The translations under genes and the position numbers were made by a program. The notes beneath the pieces were generated by a model that saw nothing but the letters and a program-made list of their open reading frames with translations, was not told the origin of the DNA and did no database searches. DNA of 64,000 bases from Lama guanicoe (lineage: Eukaryota): positions 620,001-684,000 of the forward strand of contig MU054391.1 of assembly GCA_013239625.1 (NCBI GenBank). Direction: 5' to 3'. Positions 25,159-38,639 of this stretch are shown here, piece by piece. The first letter of the stretch is position 1. The number at the start of each line of letters is the position of its first letter.

Positions 25159-27949
25159 TAAACTTGGGCTCCAGCTCCTCCCAACGCGGATCCTGGGGCC
25201 ACAAGGTGACCAGTGTTCCAGGAGGAGCAGCTAACCACAGAGCAGAGGCCACACCAGAAACAGGCCAGACGGGAGCCGCCAGGACCAGCACACAGACAGG
25301 GCTGTGCAGGGCCAGGGGCTGGGCCGACCCAGAGCCGTGCGGTTCCCAGGACGGGCTGAGATCAGAGCCTCCAGAGGAGTGCGGCTACGGGGCACGGAAG
25401 CGGTGCGCACGGCGTCCCCAGGGGCAGGTGTCGGAGGGGCGCCACGCAGCCTTCTCCCCTGCAGGACACGCAGCTCATCTAATGCGCAGGTGAGTGGCTG
25501 ATGACGCCTGTCCTCAGGTAAACACGGACTGTGTCCAGGAAGCAAACGGGGCAGGAGCAGCTCACCAGCAGACCGTCCTCGCTGCAGGCCACGCCGCAGG
25601 CGGCAGAAGCCCGAAGGGATCGAGGCGCACGATCAGAACAGCGCGCACACAGGCATCGCGGGTGCCGGCGCAGTAAAGTGCAGAGGAAGGAGTGGCCCAG
25701 CGTAAACACCTGATCCGCAGAGCTGCCGACGCCCCGGAACAAATCCTGCGTGGCCGCCAGCGGTGACGTGCAGACGCCGATGAGGGGCACGGGCGGCGGG
25801 CACGGGGGGGCGGGACGCAGGTGACCAACCGCCGTCTGGAGACGGGGCGGAGGCGGTGGACGGATAAGCAGGTAGAGAGAGAACACGCAGACAGACGGAG
25901 AGACAATGGAGGGTGCACAGGACCCTGCAGCCGCACAGAGAGGCATGGATGGATGGACGGGTGGATGGAGACGCAGATGCCGACAGACCCGCAGACCCAC
26001 CAGGGACTGGATGCCCGCAAGCACGCGCATGACCGTCCGTGAGCACCGGAGGGCCACGCTCAGCAGGCCGGGCTCCTCTCACAGCAGAAATGTGAGTAAC
26101 TTATTTCGGTGTTTTCATTGGTGAGTTTGCATTTTTCTCCCACGCGCCGCACGCTGTGCACAGAAACATTTCTGCACTTGTCGTAAAGGGAAGCAAGCAG
26201 GACAGGCCACTCGGCGGGTGGGAGGGCAGGCTGCGCAACGCCCGGCAGGGCAGCCGGCCTCACGTCTGGGCATCCGACTGAACGCCGCCAGCAGTGACGG
26301 ATCGCTGAGCGGCCCAAGAGAAGCCGGCGAGCTGACTTTCAAAGAGCCTGCAGACCTGCAAACAACTTGGGAAGCACAGGAGGGAGGCGCAAGTCACACC
26401 ACGAGGACGAACCTCAGGGGTGCAGCTGACGCCCGGGTCCCGGGGGAGTGACCCCCCCGAGGACTCAGGGCCCCGGCTCTTCTCCTCCCAGCCCCTCCCC
26501 GCCTCACCCGCTGCTCCTGCCACCACCTGGCATGCACACAGACCCAGATCTGTCTCGTCCTCGGAGAAAATCTTCAGGTGAGCACCTGGTGCATGAGACA
26601 TCTGGCTGTGACCTACAGGTTACAGTCAGCAAGGCCGCCCCCCGTTCCCCGGGTAACTGCACGGGCGGCTCCAATTCTGGTTAGGAGGGGACTCGGTTTC
26701 TCCGCTCTACGACCCGTGATGGCACCCGTCCCAGGACGCAGTGCGACCTTAACTGAGGGGACTGGGGCGGTGACGCTGCCGCACATCACGGGGCATGGAC
26801 AGCAGATGCCCGGCAGACCTCTCTATTGGCACAGTGAGGGGACCCGGAGACGCTCCACATGTGACAGCAGTGTCTGGGGAGGAGTGCAGAGGAGGAGAGT
26901 GAACTTCGAAGGCAGCTGGGACGGAGTCCGGCAATCCGGTGCTGCCTGCCCAGCGCGGCTGTGGCAGAAACCGTGGGACGCTCAAATGCAGTTTCCCTTC
27001 CTGAGCAGGCACTAAACAACATTCCCCAGAGCCTTGCATCCAGGTGGGGACAGGTGACCAGCACAGCCATGCTCCAGGTGGGGACAGGTGACCAGAACCC
27101 ACCAGGCAATGTGAGCAGAGGTGATGTGTCCCTCAGGGCAGTGGAAGCACTGAGCCTCCCCTTTTGCTCACTCCCCATTTCCGCTTCCGTGACAGCCTGG
27201 AAGGGTGGACAGAGCCTGGGTGCCCGGGTCCCTGGTAGAGCACTACTACCTGGAGGAGCCGGGCAGGAAGTCTTACGGCCATCACGACCACTTGGTTCTG
27301 CTTTCCCAGTTGGGAGGTGGCCACAGACGCTGTGGACGCAGCACGGAGCGCGCTGCTGTCTGCAGATAGCCCACCACACAGGCCACATCCCGCCGGCCGT
27401 GGTCGGCAGAACCCTGGCTGGGAGTGGAGCCTCAGTGACAGCTGCCCAGTGAGGCCGCCTGCCCTGGATTCTGCGGGAGGGAGGCCGGAGCTCACATATT
27501 TCAATCCACGGAGACTCTGCAACTGTTTATTGCAGCAGCTGAAGTCAAATCCCCCTGACCGACACAGCACTCCCAAGGCAAATGGAAACAGCGGGTTGAA
27601 TCATTTTTAAGGTTTTTAAAATCCAGACTTGGGCACGGGAATGCATTATTTCACTTCATTACTTGCTCTGTAACACACGTTGTTATAAAGTTGCAGAAGA
27701 ATTCAACGAAGGTTTTACAAAATTACAAAACAAAACAGTGGGGACTTCTGAATAAGACGGGATACGGGCGGTGGGGGAGCGGGCCAGGCTTACTCTGAAA
27801 CCACCAAAAGGCGCACCAAACACATAAAACAACGGCTTTCCTGACTGCGCATCGGTCAGCAGGGCGTGCCCCCACGGCTGGCCATTCTGAGGGCTGAAAA
27901 CGAGGGCGTGAACACAGGACCGCCTGAGAGAGAAGGCGATGCTGTGTCT

Positions 27950-28800
27950 GGCCGGATGCTCCGTGGAGAACGCGCAGGATCGCGAAGCACCGCTCAGCAG
28001 AGCACCGGCCTGTGCGTGCAGGCGAGAGGGAAGAGAGCGAGTCCAGAGCAGAAGTCAGCAAACAACCCAGAGCAGAGCAGAGTCAACAAAACAGAGAACA
28101 GGAAAATAAGAGGAAGATCAAACGCGAAAGCTGGGTTTTGGCAAAGATCAGTCAAACTGAGAAGCCTCCAGGCAGCCTGACCAGGCAAAGACGAGAGAGA
28201 AAACACACATTTCTAACATCAGGCACAGGAGGCCTGGTGGCACGCAGATTCCCAGGCACTAAGGAGATACCGGGGAACACTTCACGATGCCGACAGCCCC
28301 ACCACCTGTGCGACGCGGCCAGCTCCTCGGGAAGCACCGCCACCCAGGCTCACGTGGGAAGAAACCACCCGGAGAGCCCTCTGTTTACTGAAGAACCTGC
28401 AGCGGTAGCTTAGAACCGGCTCACGAAGGCAGCCCGAGCCAGGCGCCTCGCAGGGAGGCTCAGCCGGAGGCTGAGGGCTAAGCCCCGCCCCCCCACGCCA
28501 GACAGGACCAGCGGCCCTGCACCCTCTCTGCAAGGCAAGGTCTGCCCTGATACGCAGACCAGACAAAGACATTCCAGGAAAGGAAAACAAAGGCCAGAAT
28601 CCCTGGTGAACACAGATGCGATCACGCCCAGCGAGGCAGAAGGCGGGCGGGAGCGCGGGGGGCGCGGCCGCGGGGGGCCCGCCAGCTTCATTATCCTGAT
28701 TGCGGCCACGGCTTCACACGACTGGACATGTCAAAACTCACCCAAGTGCACACAGACACATGAGCCCCCTTTTTCATGTCAGCTGGGTCTTGATAAGGCT
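27950..28800 (+). mobile_element. Decayed ancient L1 (ORF2 fragment plus 3'-end fragment)
   Basis: A-rich L1 ORF2-like tracts such as AAAGCTGGGTTTTGGCAAAGATCAGTCAAACTGA and CCAGACAAAGACATTCCAGGAAAGGAAAAC...GAACACAGATGC; no intact ORF. Confidence 0.7.
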
Positions 28801-30504
28801 TTTTCTTCCCAAGTGGCATTTCACCCGAAGGTCAGCAAAGGGAACCATTGCTGGTTAAACTCCCACACAGACCTGCAGGCCGTCCACCAAGGTCCTCGGG
28901 GGAAGCTCTTTGGGGGTCCCTGCCCCACTTCTCCACCCCTTGGAGGAGACAGGAGACAGCGCCCAGAATAAAGAAACCAATCAAATCAGCAGGACAGCCA
29001 GCCCTGCACCCAAGCCAGGAAAGGGGCGCCAAGAGCCGCCTAGTGAAGCAGCCAACACGTTCTTCCTACATTTCCTGCCAGCTTTGATTCACGTCACATG
29101 AGCGACCGCTGAGGTTCACCGACGTTGTCTGTGGACAGCGGCGTCTGAACGGAGACTCGGTGACCAGGGGAGGAACAGGTGTCACTGCTATTTTCCAAAC
29201 TCTACTTCAAGATAAAATATGTCGCTGGAATGACCAACGTAGAAAGATTCTAAGCTATCGATGATGTTAAACACCAAAGCAGCATGCCCTCTGCTCCGAC
29301 TCCTGTGCCCGAGCTCTGCACAGGTGTGACAGGCAGCATGTAGTCACCAGTTCAAGGCCCTCCTGGGTCCCCAAGAGCTCCCGGCCCCAAGAGACACAGA
29401 GACACAGGAAATGCCCAAACTGACTGTTTAAGCATCAAATTCAGTGATGTTTAACTGCTTTTAAGTGAGTCCACCCAAAACTGCATTTTTTAAATAAATC
29501 ACATTTTCCTGTGTACCCCAAAAGCTCGTGAAGCTGTTATGATTAAAAGCTCATTAAAGCTGGACACTGAGGTTGGAGACCTGACGTTCTGCGCACTGAA
29601 GGCCCAGAGCAGCCTCCCCAGGACTGTACCCGGTGGGAAGAGACCGGAGGAGCTGGGACTCCAGCCCTGGGTGCTGACTGGAGCTCGGGCAGGGGCCCCA
29701 CCGGCCCCACTCCTTCACCGCCAGCAGCCACTCCAGTTTCCTCCCCTTGGCAAGTGCGCAGAAAAGGGCCCAGAGCCTCCAACCAGCAAGGTGAGAACGC
29801 CCCCTCAGCCAACGGGAACCAGCGTGCGCAGGGGCTCCCAACCTTCGCCCGGTGCTCACCCTGCTGACGAGACTGGCCTGGACCCTGGGGTCCTGTCACC
29901 GTTTTGCCGACACCCCAAGGTGGGACTGGACCACGCGGACAGCTGTGGCCAGTCTGCCCCATGGCCACCTCTTCTAAGAAAAAGCCCTGCTTTCCTTCCA
30001 GGCAACGATGCTGTGCCTGCTTCCAGCCCGCGCATCACAGGGCAGGTTCTGTCCTTGGCTCCAGAAGCCAGCCGGGCCCAGGCCTGGCGGGCCAGACCTC
30101 GCACCGCCCCGGTGGCCTTGAGGACAGACAATGGGTCCCTTCACACAATTTCCAGACCTTGTGCTTGCAACCGGGAAAGGGTCCCAGCTGGGTCTGCTGC
30201 ACTCTGGGCCATCGGAAGGCAGGCCGACAGCTGCCGGGGTCACCACGGAGGACAGTGAGTCACAGAACCCAGGAGGATGCCAAGGACCCATCAAGAAGGA
30301 AAACCGAGCCCTGGCCGGGGCGTCTGGGCCCTGGCTGAAGCCAAGCCACAGGTCAGAGCTGCCTCCTGGGCTCGGTCACAGGGGCTGACTTCTCTTCACA
30401 ACCATCCCCTTGATCCGCTACGAACACCGGGGTGGGGAGGCTGCCATCTACAGCTGACCTGTCAGCTTCCTTTCTTTTCCCCAGAAGGATCCAAAGGGTT
30501 CGGT

Positions 30505-30600
30505 TTTATTATTATCAGTTACACTTTCATAGTTGAGGAAACCGCGGCACAGAGGTGAGGTAGCGTGACAAAAACTACGCAGGTGGTCGAGTCCGAGACA
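30505..30600 (-). mobile_element. MIR SINE remnant
   Basis: TTTCATAGTTGAGGAAACCGCGGCACAGAGGTGAGGTA. Confidence 0.55.
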
Positions 30601-33600
30601 CGGCAGGGCTTCGAGACGGCGGCCGCTGAAACGCCAGTCCGCGCGCTCAGCCACGGACACCACCTCTCACGCCGCATCGCCCGGCTCCTCAGCAGACAAA
30701 GGCCCTTCGCAGGATATAGCTGTCCATAGGAAGTAATAAAAATTTATAAATTCGTCTTCCTACTATGAAATGTTAAATGACAAAATGGTGCAAAGAGCAA
30801 CCCCACCAAAGGGACGGAAGGGCTCCTAGGTGAAATCCTGACAGAGAAGGGGAGCTGCGTTTAAGAGATGCTGAGTTTCAACCTGCAAACTGTGGTGCTG
30901 GCACTCCAGGCAGTGTGGAAATGCACAGCTTGTGTTGGACCAGGGGAGAGTTCTGGCCGGAGGTCACAGTATTTGAGAGGTGGCTAGACATGAGGCTAGA
31001 AAAAAATAGAAGAAATCTGACCAGTTTCTAAGGAGAGCTTTTCCAGACATCGCCTTTTGGAGATGCACGTTTTCAAATGTCAAGTTTTAAAATCCAGCCT
31101 GGCTCCCTGACGGCCCACGTCACAGGCCCAGCAGTGCAGGCGGACTCTCTGGAAACCTCCTGGAGTCGCTGGCCTCCCCTTAGAGCTGAGCGCCCACCGC
31201 CTCCACGAGGGCTCGGGACACCGCAGGGCGGTCAGCAGTGGGAAGAAGTACTGGGTCCACCACCACATTGGAAAAATAAACTACCAATATCCAAACACTT
31301 TAAAAATATTCCTCTGGTACTTTTCAAATGGGTTTGAGCTGTGGTAACGAAGACTTTGACTTTATCCTAACAGGGAATTTGAAAGTAGAAATTTATTTCA
31401 CATAAGCCAAAGGCTGAGGCTTAAAGGCTGCCGTCCCTGGCTTGCACAAGGTCCTGCAGAGGCAGAGTCGGATGCTGGCCTCTTAAACCGCACCCAGGGG
31501 AGGAGAGGCCAGCCCTCCCCTGGGACAGAGGGTGTCCCCGCAGGATGAAGCAGAGGAAGGGAACCTCCCCAGCTCCAGGGTGACAGAGGAGGAGAGGGAG
31601 CAGAGACCCAAGAGCCCCGGCTGGAGGGCCTGCCCCGTCTCTCGACCAGGACCACACCCACCCACCTGTGAGGAGGAGGCCTCATTTCCGTACAAAGGGA
31701 AGCTGAAGGGAAATTAGATTCTCCCCTGGGCCAAGACCGAGGAAACCCACTGGAGGCTGGTGAATGGGGAGAAGCTGTGATTTGGGGTCTAGTCTTCAAG
31801 GACGAAGGCAAACAGTTAAGTGGCCTGAAGACTGTCCCTCTCCATCGACGGGTTCTGATCCCCGACGGGAGCCTGCAGGAAGGTGGGGCCCCAACCCAAG
31901 AAGTGGCAAAGCCGGGACCTTCTCCAAGTGTGGATCGGGGCTGGACCAGGGGCGTCCACTCGCCCGGACCAAAGGTGACGGTGCCTAGGCAGCCTTCCCG
32001 AAGCCACACTTGGCTGGGGCACCTGGACGGTCACCCTGATCTCGGCACGGCAGGGCTCACTCCCAAGCGCCCCAGCAGACCAGGGATTCCGAGAGGCAGG
32101 AGCTGGAATATGGCACAAGTCCAAAACACAGGTCATCAGAAGTTGATGGATTTGGGAACAGCTGTCTGGCAGGCTGACTGTGACCCCAAGGGAGGTGCTT
32201 ACCAGCCCTGCACGGCTGTGGGGCCCATCCACAACCCCAGACTCCCTCCAACAACATGGTTTCCTGTCCCCTGGACGGGGGCATGGGGTAACTGCGTGGC
32301 TCTGGTGTGGCCTGGACTGTGGGAGGGAAGTCAGTTTTAAAGAGTTGATTCCCATGACCTCACAGTAGAGGCTACAGGGAAAAGAATTGGGTCAGAGAGG
32401 AGCGGGTGTGGAGGGCAGAGGTCCCGCTGCCCAAGGCCGGAGCCCCAGTGCCGAGTGACTCCGATGCAATGTGTTTAGAACGTGACTCCCCCCAAAATGT
32501 TCAAGGTGGGAGGAGGATAGGAAGAGGGCAAGGAAAATTGTCACAAGGTATCTTTTAAAACCAGCTTTTTAATTACTGTGGCAACGAATGTCTACTGTAG
32601 TGCTGAGGCAGTAAAATATTCAGAAATTAAGTGCTCCTACAAATGCTTCCGAGCTGAACAGAGTAGCACACCCGACCTTGCACAGCTTCCACGAGCCGCA
32701 GGACCAGACGGCCCGCAGGGCGCCGGCCGCCCTGCTCTGGAACACCACCTTCTACTGTCCAGCTGGCATGAACTCAAGGGCCAACCTGAATCACAAGATG
32801 CTCCTGGACCGTTATGTCTGACGCCTCAATCATGAGGCAAGACAATCTACTGTGGGGCCCCACTGGAACACACTCCCAAAACAACATGCTGGGGAGAGAA
32901 GTCTGATGTCCCCAGAGATTCCCATTCAGCCTCTCCAGGGAGGCCGAGGGGAGAGTCCTGAAAGCAAAGGGAGGATGCGACGGCTGGACCCCGGCGCCAG
33001 GCTCCTTCCTTACCCTCTTATCTTCTAAGTCCTCAATTTCCACCAAATCATTTTTTTAGGTAGAAAATGAGAGCAAATGCATGGGGACAGACACCTGGGA
33101 GAAAAGCTGAGGTGAAACCCAGTACTTCTGCATGAGTGGCATCTGTGAGCAGCCCCAGCAAGGACGCACCAGACTGGACTCCAGGGCCCAGGGCAACAGG
33201 ACAGCCCAGAACTGGCCTCCTTCCTCCAGCAGGGCTGTCCCCTATCCCCCTCAGACTGCTACCTCTCCAAGTCCCCAGCTGGACCCCATCACACCAAGAC
33301 TCAGTTCTACGCTGTCCCAGTCCACACCGGCAGCCATGGGAGCCCCCCAGCCCCACCGTGTGTGTCCATGTCACCAATAACCCTCTTGTTCTGTCCGCTC
33401 GGTGCCACCTGCCTCCTCACAGAACGGATGAGACCAAGCCAGGTCACTGAGCACAGCTCTGAAAACTGCAAAACACCGTGAAAGTGCAAGGTGAGCGAGC
33501 GCTCCCTGGAATCCCTGTGTGCGTTGGCGTTTTCAGTCCTGCGCTCAGCTATTTTACCAAACCCTGTAAGGTTTTGTGGAGAACCTCACCACGCAGGGGA

Positions 33601-34279
33601 GTGGGGTTCCATTTTTGTTTCACAGCACTTGTATTTTTAAATATTGTTCTTTTCAAAAACCCATTAATATGTGAAGGCAAAACCCGGCACAAGCATTAGA
33701 CTTCCGGCAGATGCGAAGAAAGGCTTCAGGATCCAAGATGTTCTCACTGACTCACCAAAGAATTAAAAGGACCTTATCCAGAAGCCCTCGCTCTGCCTGC
33801 CTTACAGCCCCTTCCTTCAGAGCCTGTTGCCCTCGGGCACCCCGGCCTTGGCTGGCCCTCCACACTCTCCAGAGGCACAGTTTCCAGGGCTGAGTGTTAA
33901 GTCCCTTCAAGGACCCTGAAGGACGCTGCCAGAGTGGTCTGTCGTGTACTTCGTTTTAAAACTACAAACACTGACCGCCCACTTCCTGAATAGTTCACTC
34001 AGAATTTTACAACTTTTGCAGGCTCTTCGAGGGTGCCAAAAGTACTCTGGCCCAGCCAAGAAAAGTAGAAACTATTTTTGGCATTCCGAAGGGCAGCTGT
34101 AGGACGCTGAATGCAGTCGGCGCCTGAAACGCAGGCTGCCTTTTCGGATTGTGAAAATTTCTAATCAGTCTGTATCCGAATAGCTCGAGGCCTGCAAGAG
34201 ACTCGTGGCATCCCGGGTCTGGAACCTCTGGGGACAGAGGGGACTGGCCAGTGAGGGCGCGATACTTTGTGCCAACAGG

Positions 34280-35520
34280 AGCGCCGGGTCCCCGCGATGG
34301 CACCGCCGCGGCGCGCCCTGCCTGGAGATGAGAGAGGAGGCAGACCCCGGGCGCAAACCCGCTCGGACCTCGACTCTAGCCCCAGCCGACCCGTCCGCGC
34401 CGCCCCAGAACTCGGGGACCCGCACCGCGGCCCCTCCCGGAACTCGGCCAGGCTCGCCCGCGGCTCAGGGAAGCCCGAGAGAACCGTGCGTCCCGCGGGG
34501 CCCGGGACAATCCCGGCAGGAGGCTCCCGGCGCCCCGGCAAGAGCGGGGAAGTGGTGGTGGTGGTGCAGCTGCCGCGGGTCACAGACGGGGCGCCAGGGA
34601 GGCCCCCCCGGGGAGGAGGGGGAAACGGGGAGAGGGAACCGCCGAGTAGGAGGAGGGAAGAGGGGGAGGGGAAAGAGAGGAGGAGGGGAAACGGGAGGAG
34701 GGAGGGGCCGGCTCGGGGAGGAGAGGGGGCTGGAGCAGGGCGGGCAGGGGGAGAAAGGCGAGAGGAGGAGGGGAGCGACCGGGACCGGGCCGCGCGGGGC
34801 GGCGGGGCTTTCCCCAGCTGCTCCCGACAACTTCCCGGTCCAGCGGGGATTCCGAGCTCCAAACAAAGGCGGCTCCCGAGGCCGCGCGCGCTGCGCTCAG
34901 GTCCGCCCCCCGCGCCCAGTCCAGGGCGGACAAAGGCCCCGCCGCTCCGATCCGCCTCCCCGGCCCCCGGCTCGCGATCGCCCAGCGAGCCCCGAGCCCC
35001 CGGAGCCCCTGCCCGCCAGTGCCCCGTGCCCCCGCCACACTCACAGGATGGAGGTCTGCGGCGCCACGGCGGGCACGGCCTCCAGCAGCAGATGCATGCA
35101 GCGCACCGTGGTCCGGAAGCACAGGCAGCGGCTCGGACACCCGTTACCCGGCTTTGGGGCGACCGCAGCCAGCGGCCCCCAGCAGCAGCACAGCACAAGC
35201 GCCAGCAAGCAGGGGCGCGCGGCGCGCGCGGGGCGCACGGCCATGGCCCTCGGCGCGCACGGACGCTTGGACGCACGGACCGACCTCGAGGGCCCGGCGC
35301 GTCCACGGCCGGCTCCGGACTGCGCCCGCCCGCCGCACCGCAGCGGCCCACGTCCCAGCTGTGCGCAGGGGGCGGGGGGCGCCAGCTGTGCACATGCGCG
35401 CGGCTCCTCCCTTCCCACCCCCACCTCCCCCAGGGCCGGGGCGGGGCGAGGACCTCCAGCCCGGCGTCCGGCCGCCGCGCCCCCTTCCCAGCCGCGGGGC
35501 TGCCCCGGGTGCAGAGGTCA
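34280..35520 (-). promoter_or_regulatory. PXDN: CpG-island promoter, 5'UTR and first-intron start of PXDN
   Basis: Very high GC and CpG density around coding exon 1, GC boxes (GGGGCGGGG near 35368 and 35438), no evident TATA box. Confidence 0.88.
35045..35244 (-). CDS. PXDN: Peroxidasin coding exon 1 (signal peptide + LRR N-terminal cap), 200 bp
   Basis: ATG at 35244-35242 in a GCCATGG Kozak context. Translates [66 protein letters not shown](L), matching the PXDN N-terminus. GTGAG donor follows 35045. Confidence 0.97.
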
Positions 35521-37052
35521 GCTTGGGCCCCTGAGTTCCAATCCCAGATCTGCGCCCACAATCTGGGGCCTTGGCCAAGTTGTTCCAACCTCGCCTAGCC
35601 GCCGTTTCCACATGTGTGCAATAGGGTTTTTTGTTGTTTTGTAAAACACTTTTAGAACGCTTACCAAGTTCCAGGCAGGGTTCCAAGCGCTTGCTTGCTG
35701 GCTTTCGCGCGCTCGCTCTCTGTTTCTCTGTCCCTCTCCCTACACACCCTGCCCCACACCGGCCCTGTCTTACATGCACACGCACACGCACACACACTGC
35801 AGCGGATTGGATTGGAATAGGCGGTGAGGCTCCCTGCCTGAGCCCCCGAGGCCTGTTAACTGCCCGCGTTCTGTGCACCGTGGACCCAGGGCACTGCTGG
35901 GACGAAGGCCTGTGGGTAGAGTCCTGGGCGCAGCTGGGCCAGGTGGACACTCCATGTCCTTTATTTCCTCCCTCGTGGACCCACCGTGAAGAGCCCCCAG
36001 GGCCTCCCCCCGTGCCATGGGCCTCGCGCCGAGCCACGGGAAGACAGCAGAAAGGTGGGACGGGGGGAAGACAGTTCTCGTATGTGTTTGCAGCAGCGTG
36101 CTAACACTTCACCCACATTTTCCTCCCTGACTGGTAACTCGTTCAGGGCCCCAGTCTCTGCACGTTACAGCTGAGGAGGTCCAGACAGCCGTTCGTCCAA
36201 AGCTGTGCGCTCTCCACACCCAGCGTCAGTGTGGAGCCTGGGTCTGTTTGGCCCCCAGACTGCTGAGTGACGGGATGGGCATCTACCCGAGGCGCGCTGC
36301 CTGGGGCTGGGGCAACGGAGCTTTCCTGCCGCTGTGTCAGCAAACCGCGGCACCTGCAGGGTTTCTAGGGTCACGTTTAGGAGCCGCTGAGTGGTGGTCG
36401 ACCCGAGGCCCCTCCGGAGACTGCACGTCTGTCCCAGAAGCGCCTGTCCTCATTACCACATGGAGCAGCCTCCCCAGCCATCCAGGGACCCGAAACACAC
36501 CAGCCGGGAGCCCTGCATTCTAACCAGTCACATGGCTCCCCCAGAGCACACCCCTGGGCTACACACCCTTTTCCAGCTGTTGTCTGGGTGCCCCAAATTT
36601 TTGATGAGAATTTCAAATTTATGTCAGAAACCCAAAATGCTACTCTCCCTAAAAAACACTGTCACTAATTTGATGCTTCAAACCACTTTCTCATGCCCCC
36701 CAACCCAGAAGTTGCCTCCTTGGTCCTCACCCATGTGGAAGGAGCAGTGAAATCCTGTTGGTTCAGTTACTCCTTGGTGCTCAATTTCTGTTCGTTCCAA
36801 CCTCCTTCCCATAACCTCCCCACCACCCCTGGACCACCACTGAGATCCCCTCTTTGGCTCACCCGTCCACCCTTCCTGCAAGGGACAGAGAAGGTGTCAC
36901 TGCTTTGACCCCGACGCTCCCTCATCCCAGTGCCTTGGGGCCCCTCCGGTTTCAGTGGTAAAGGCCACCTTTCACCCCCAACCTCCGCCACCCCGGGGGG
37001 CGGGCGTCTCTGAGCAGCACGCGACCTCTGCCTGCCATCAGCTCAGCAGCAG

Positions 37053-37514
37053 CTGCGGCTGCTTTCCCGTGTCCTTTGGCTGGGCAGTCGCACCCAGTGA
37101 TTTGATAGAACTCTGATGCAGGCGTTGGCCTGAAGGTATTTTGCGGGGAGATTAATACTGGTTAACTTCTGCAGTCAGCTGACTTAGAGTAAAGTCTTCC
37201 CTCCATAATGTGGATGAGCCTCATCCAATCAGTTTAAGGTCTTAGAAGCAGAAGCTGAGTTTTCCCGGAGAAGAAATTGTGCCGAAAGACCTCAGCACCC
37301 ACTCCTGCCTGAGTTTCTAGTCTCCTGACCCGCCTTTAAAAGGTAGGACCTGCCAGTCTCCACAACTGCACAAGCCAGTTCCTTAAAATCTATCCACCCA
37401 TCCTTCCATCCACCCAACCTTCCCAGCTTCCTTCCTTCCACCCATCCTTCCATCCACCCATCTGTCCACCATCTGTCCCACTGTGCTGTCTCCCTGAAGA
37501 CATCAGTCAGGCAC
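37053..37514 (+). mobile_element. MLT2-family (ERVL) solo LTR with internal (CATC)n
   Basis: CTCCATAATGTGGATGAGCCTCATCCAATCAGTTTAAGG and AGCCAGTTCCTTAAAAT are characteristic MLT2 motifs. Confidence 0.8.
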
Positions 37515-38039
37515 ACGGCCGTCTGCACGGCCTGGGTGGAGGTGTGGGAGGCCGGTGCAATGATCAAGCCTGAAAGGATCCATACTTGAGCCATGAAGCT
37601 CTTCCTTCCAATGGCCCTGCGTGCTCCCGGCACCTTTTGTCCAGGACTTCCTGCTTCTGCCCTCTAGAGGCCCACGGGAGCCTCGCCCCCCACCCCACCC
37701 CACCCCCGTCTTCGCCTTCCCGTGGGCCGTGTGGACATCAGAGCCCCTCTGTTGCCCGAGACCCAGGTGACATATTCCCATGTCCCCCCGATGACCACTT
37801 TCCAAACCACATTGTCTGCCCCAGCCCTGTTATCTGTCCTCCAGCGGACGTTCCTTCCAGGGTGACCGTGCTCGCTGACAAGCCTCAGTTGCTCCCGTGG
37901 CCACACAGAAGGCTCCCCCGTTTGTGTGCTGCTGGCACAGACGCCACAGGTGTTGGGCTGTGGAGACTGGAGCAGTCCTACCCCGTCTGAATGCCGGCTC
38001 AGCACACCACCTCTGGTGCACACACACCTTGCTGTTCGA

Positions 38040-38170
38040 GCCTCACAACGGCCCTGAGTAGGTGTTCTTGTCTCCACTTTGCAAATGAAAAAAACGGAAG
38101 CTTAGAGAAGAGAGCAGCCTGTCCAAGGACCCATCGCTAGTCCAGGGAGGGCGGGGATGCGGCCTGACTC
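38040..38170 (-). mobile_element. MIR SINE remnant
   Basis: CCTCACAACGGCCCTGAGTAGG...CCACTTTGCAAATGAAAAAACGGAAGCTTAGAGA. Confidence 0.65.
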
Positions 38171-38639
38171 GACATCGCCCGGCAGCACTGAGCTGTGTGC
38201 CCCATGTGCGGCCGGCCACGGTGCTGGGGACCCTCCCAGGCTTCACTGGGCTGCCGCCTGCACCTGGCGCTGCTGATGTTTGCCGGAGGACCACTGGAGC
38301 TGCAGGGGCCGCTTCCTGGGGCTTCCAGGCCCTCTGCTCCCCAACACTGTCACAGCTGCCGCCCTGGGCTGGCCTGTGGAGGCTGAAGGGCTCTGGCCGT
38401 CAGGCTGCAGGCCCTCCTGGCCTCAGGCCGTCAGCAGCCGGTCTCCCCCTGCTCAGCTGGCTGCCCCCCCACCCCAAGAGCCCCTGGACACGTCAGACTC
38501 GCCCGTGGGGGACCTGAGGGAGCACCTGCGCCCTTAGTGCCCTCGGGCCCCCAGGTATGGTCGGTATTCTCTGCCCCCTCCAGCGGGACAGCGCCTCCTG
38601 TCTGCTCGTCTGTCTCCCCGCACTTGGTGGGTTTCTGAG

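Noticed and set aside
34161-36037. Several long ORFs (475, 479, 443 and 297 aa) over the PXDN promoter
   Set aside because: These are low-complexity G/P/R/A-rich frames open on both strands because extreme GC removes stop codons. Only 35045-35244 matches a real protein.
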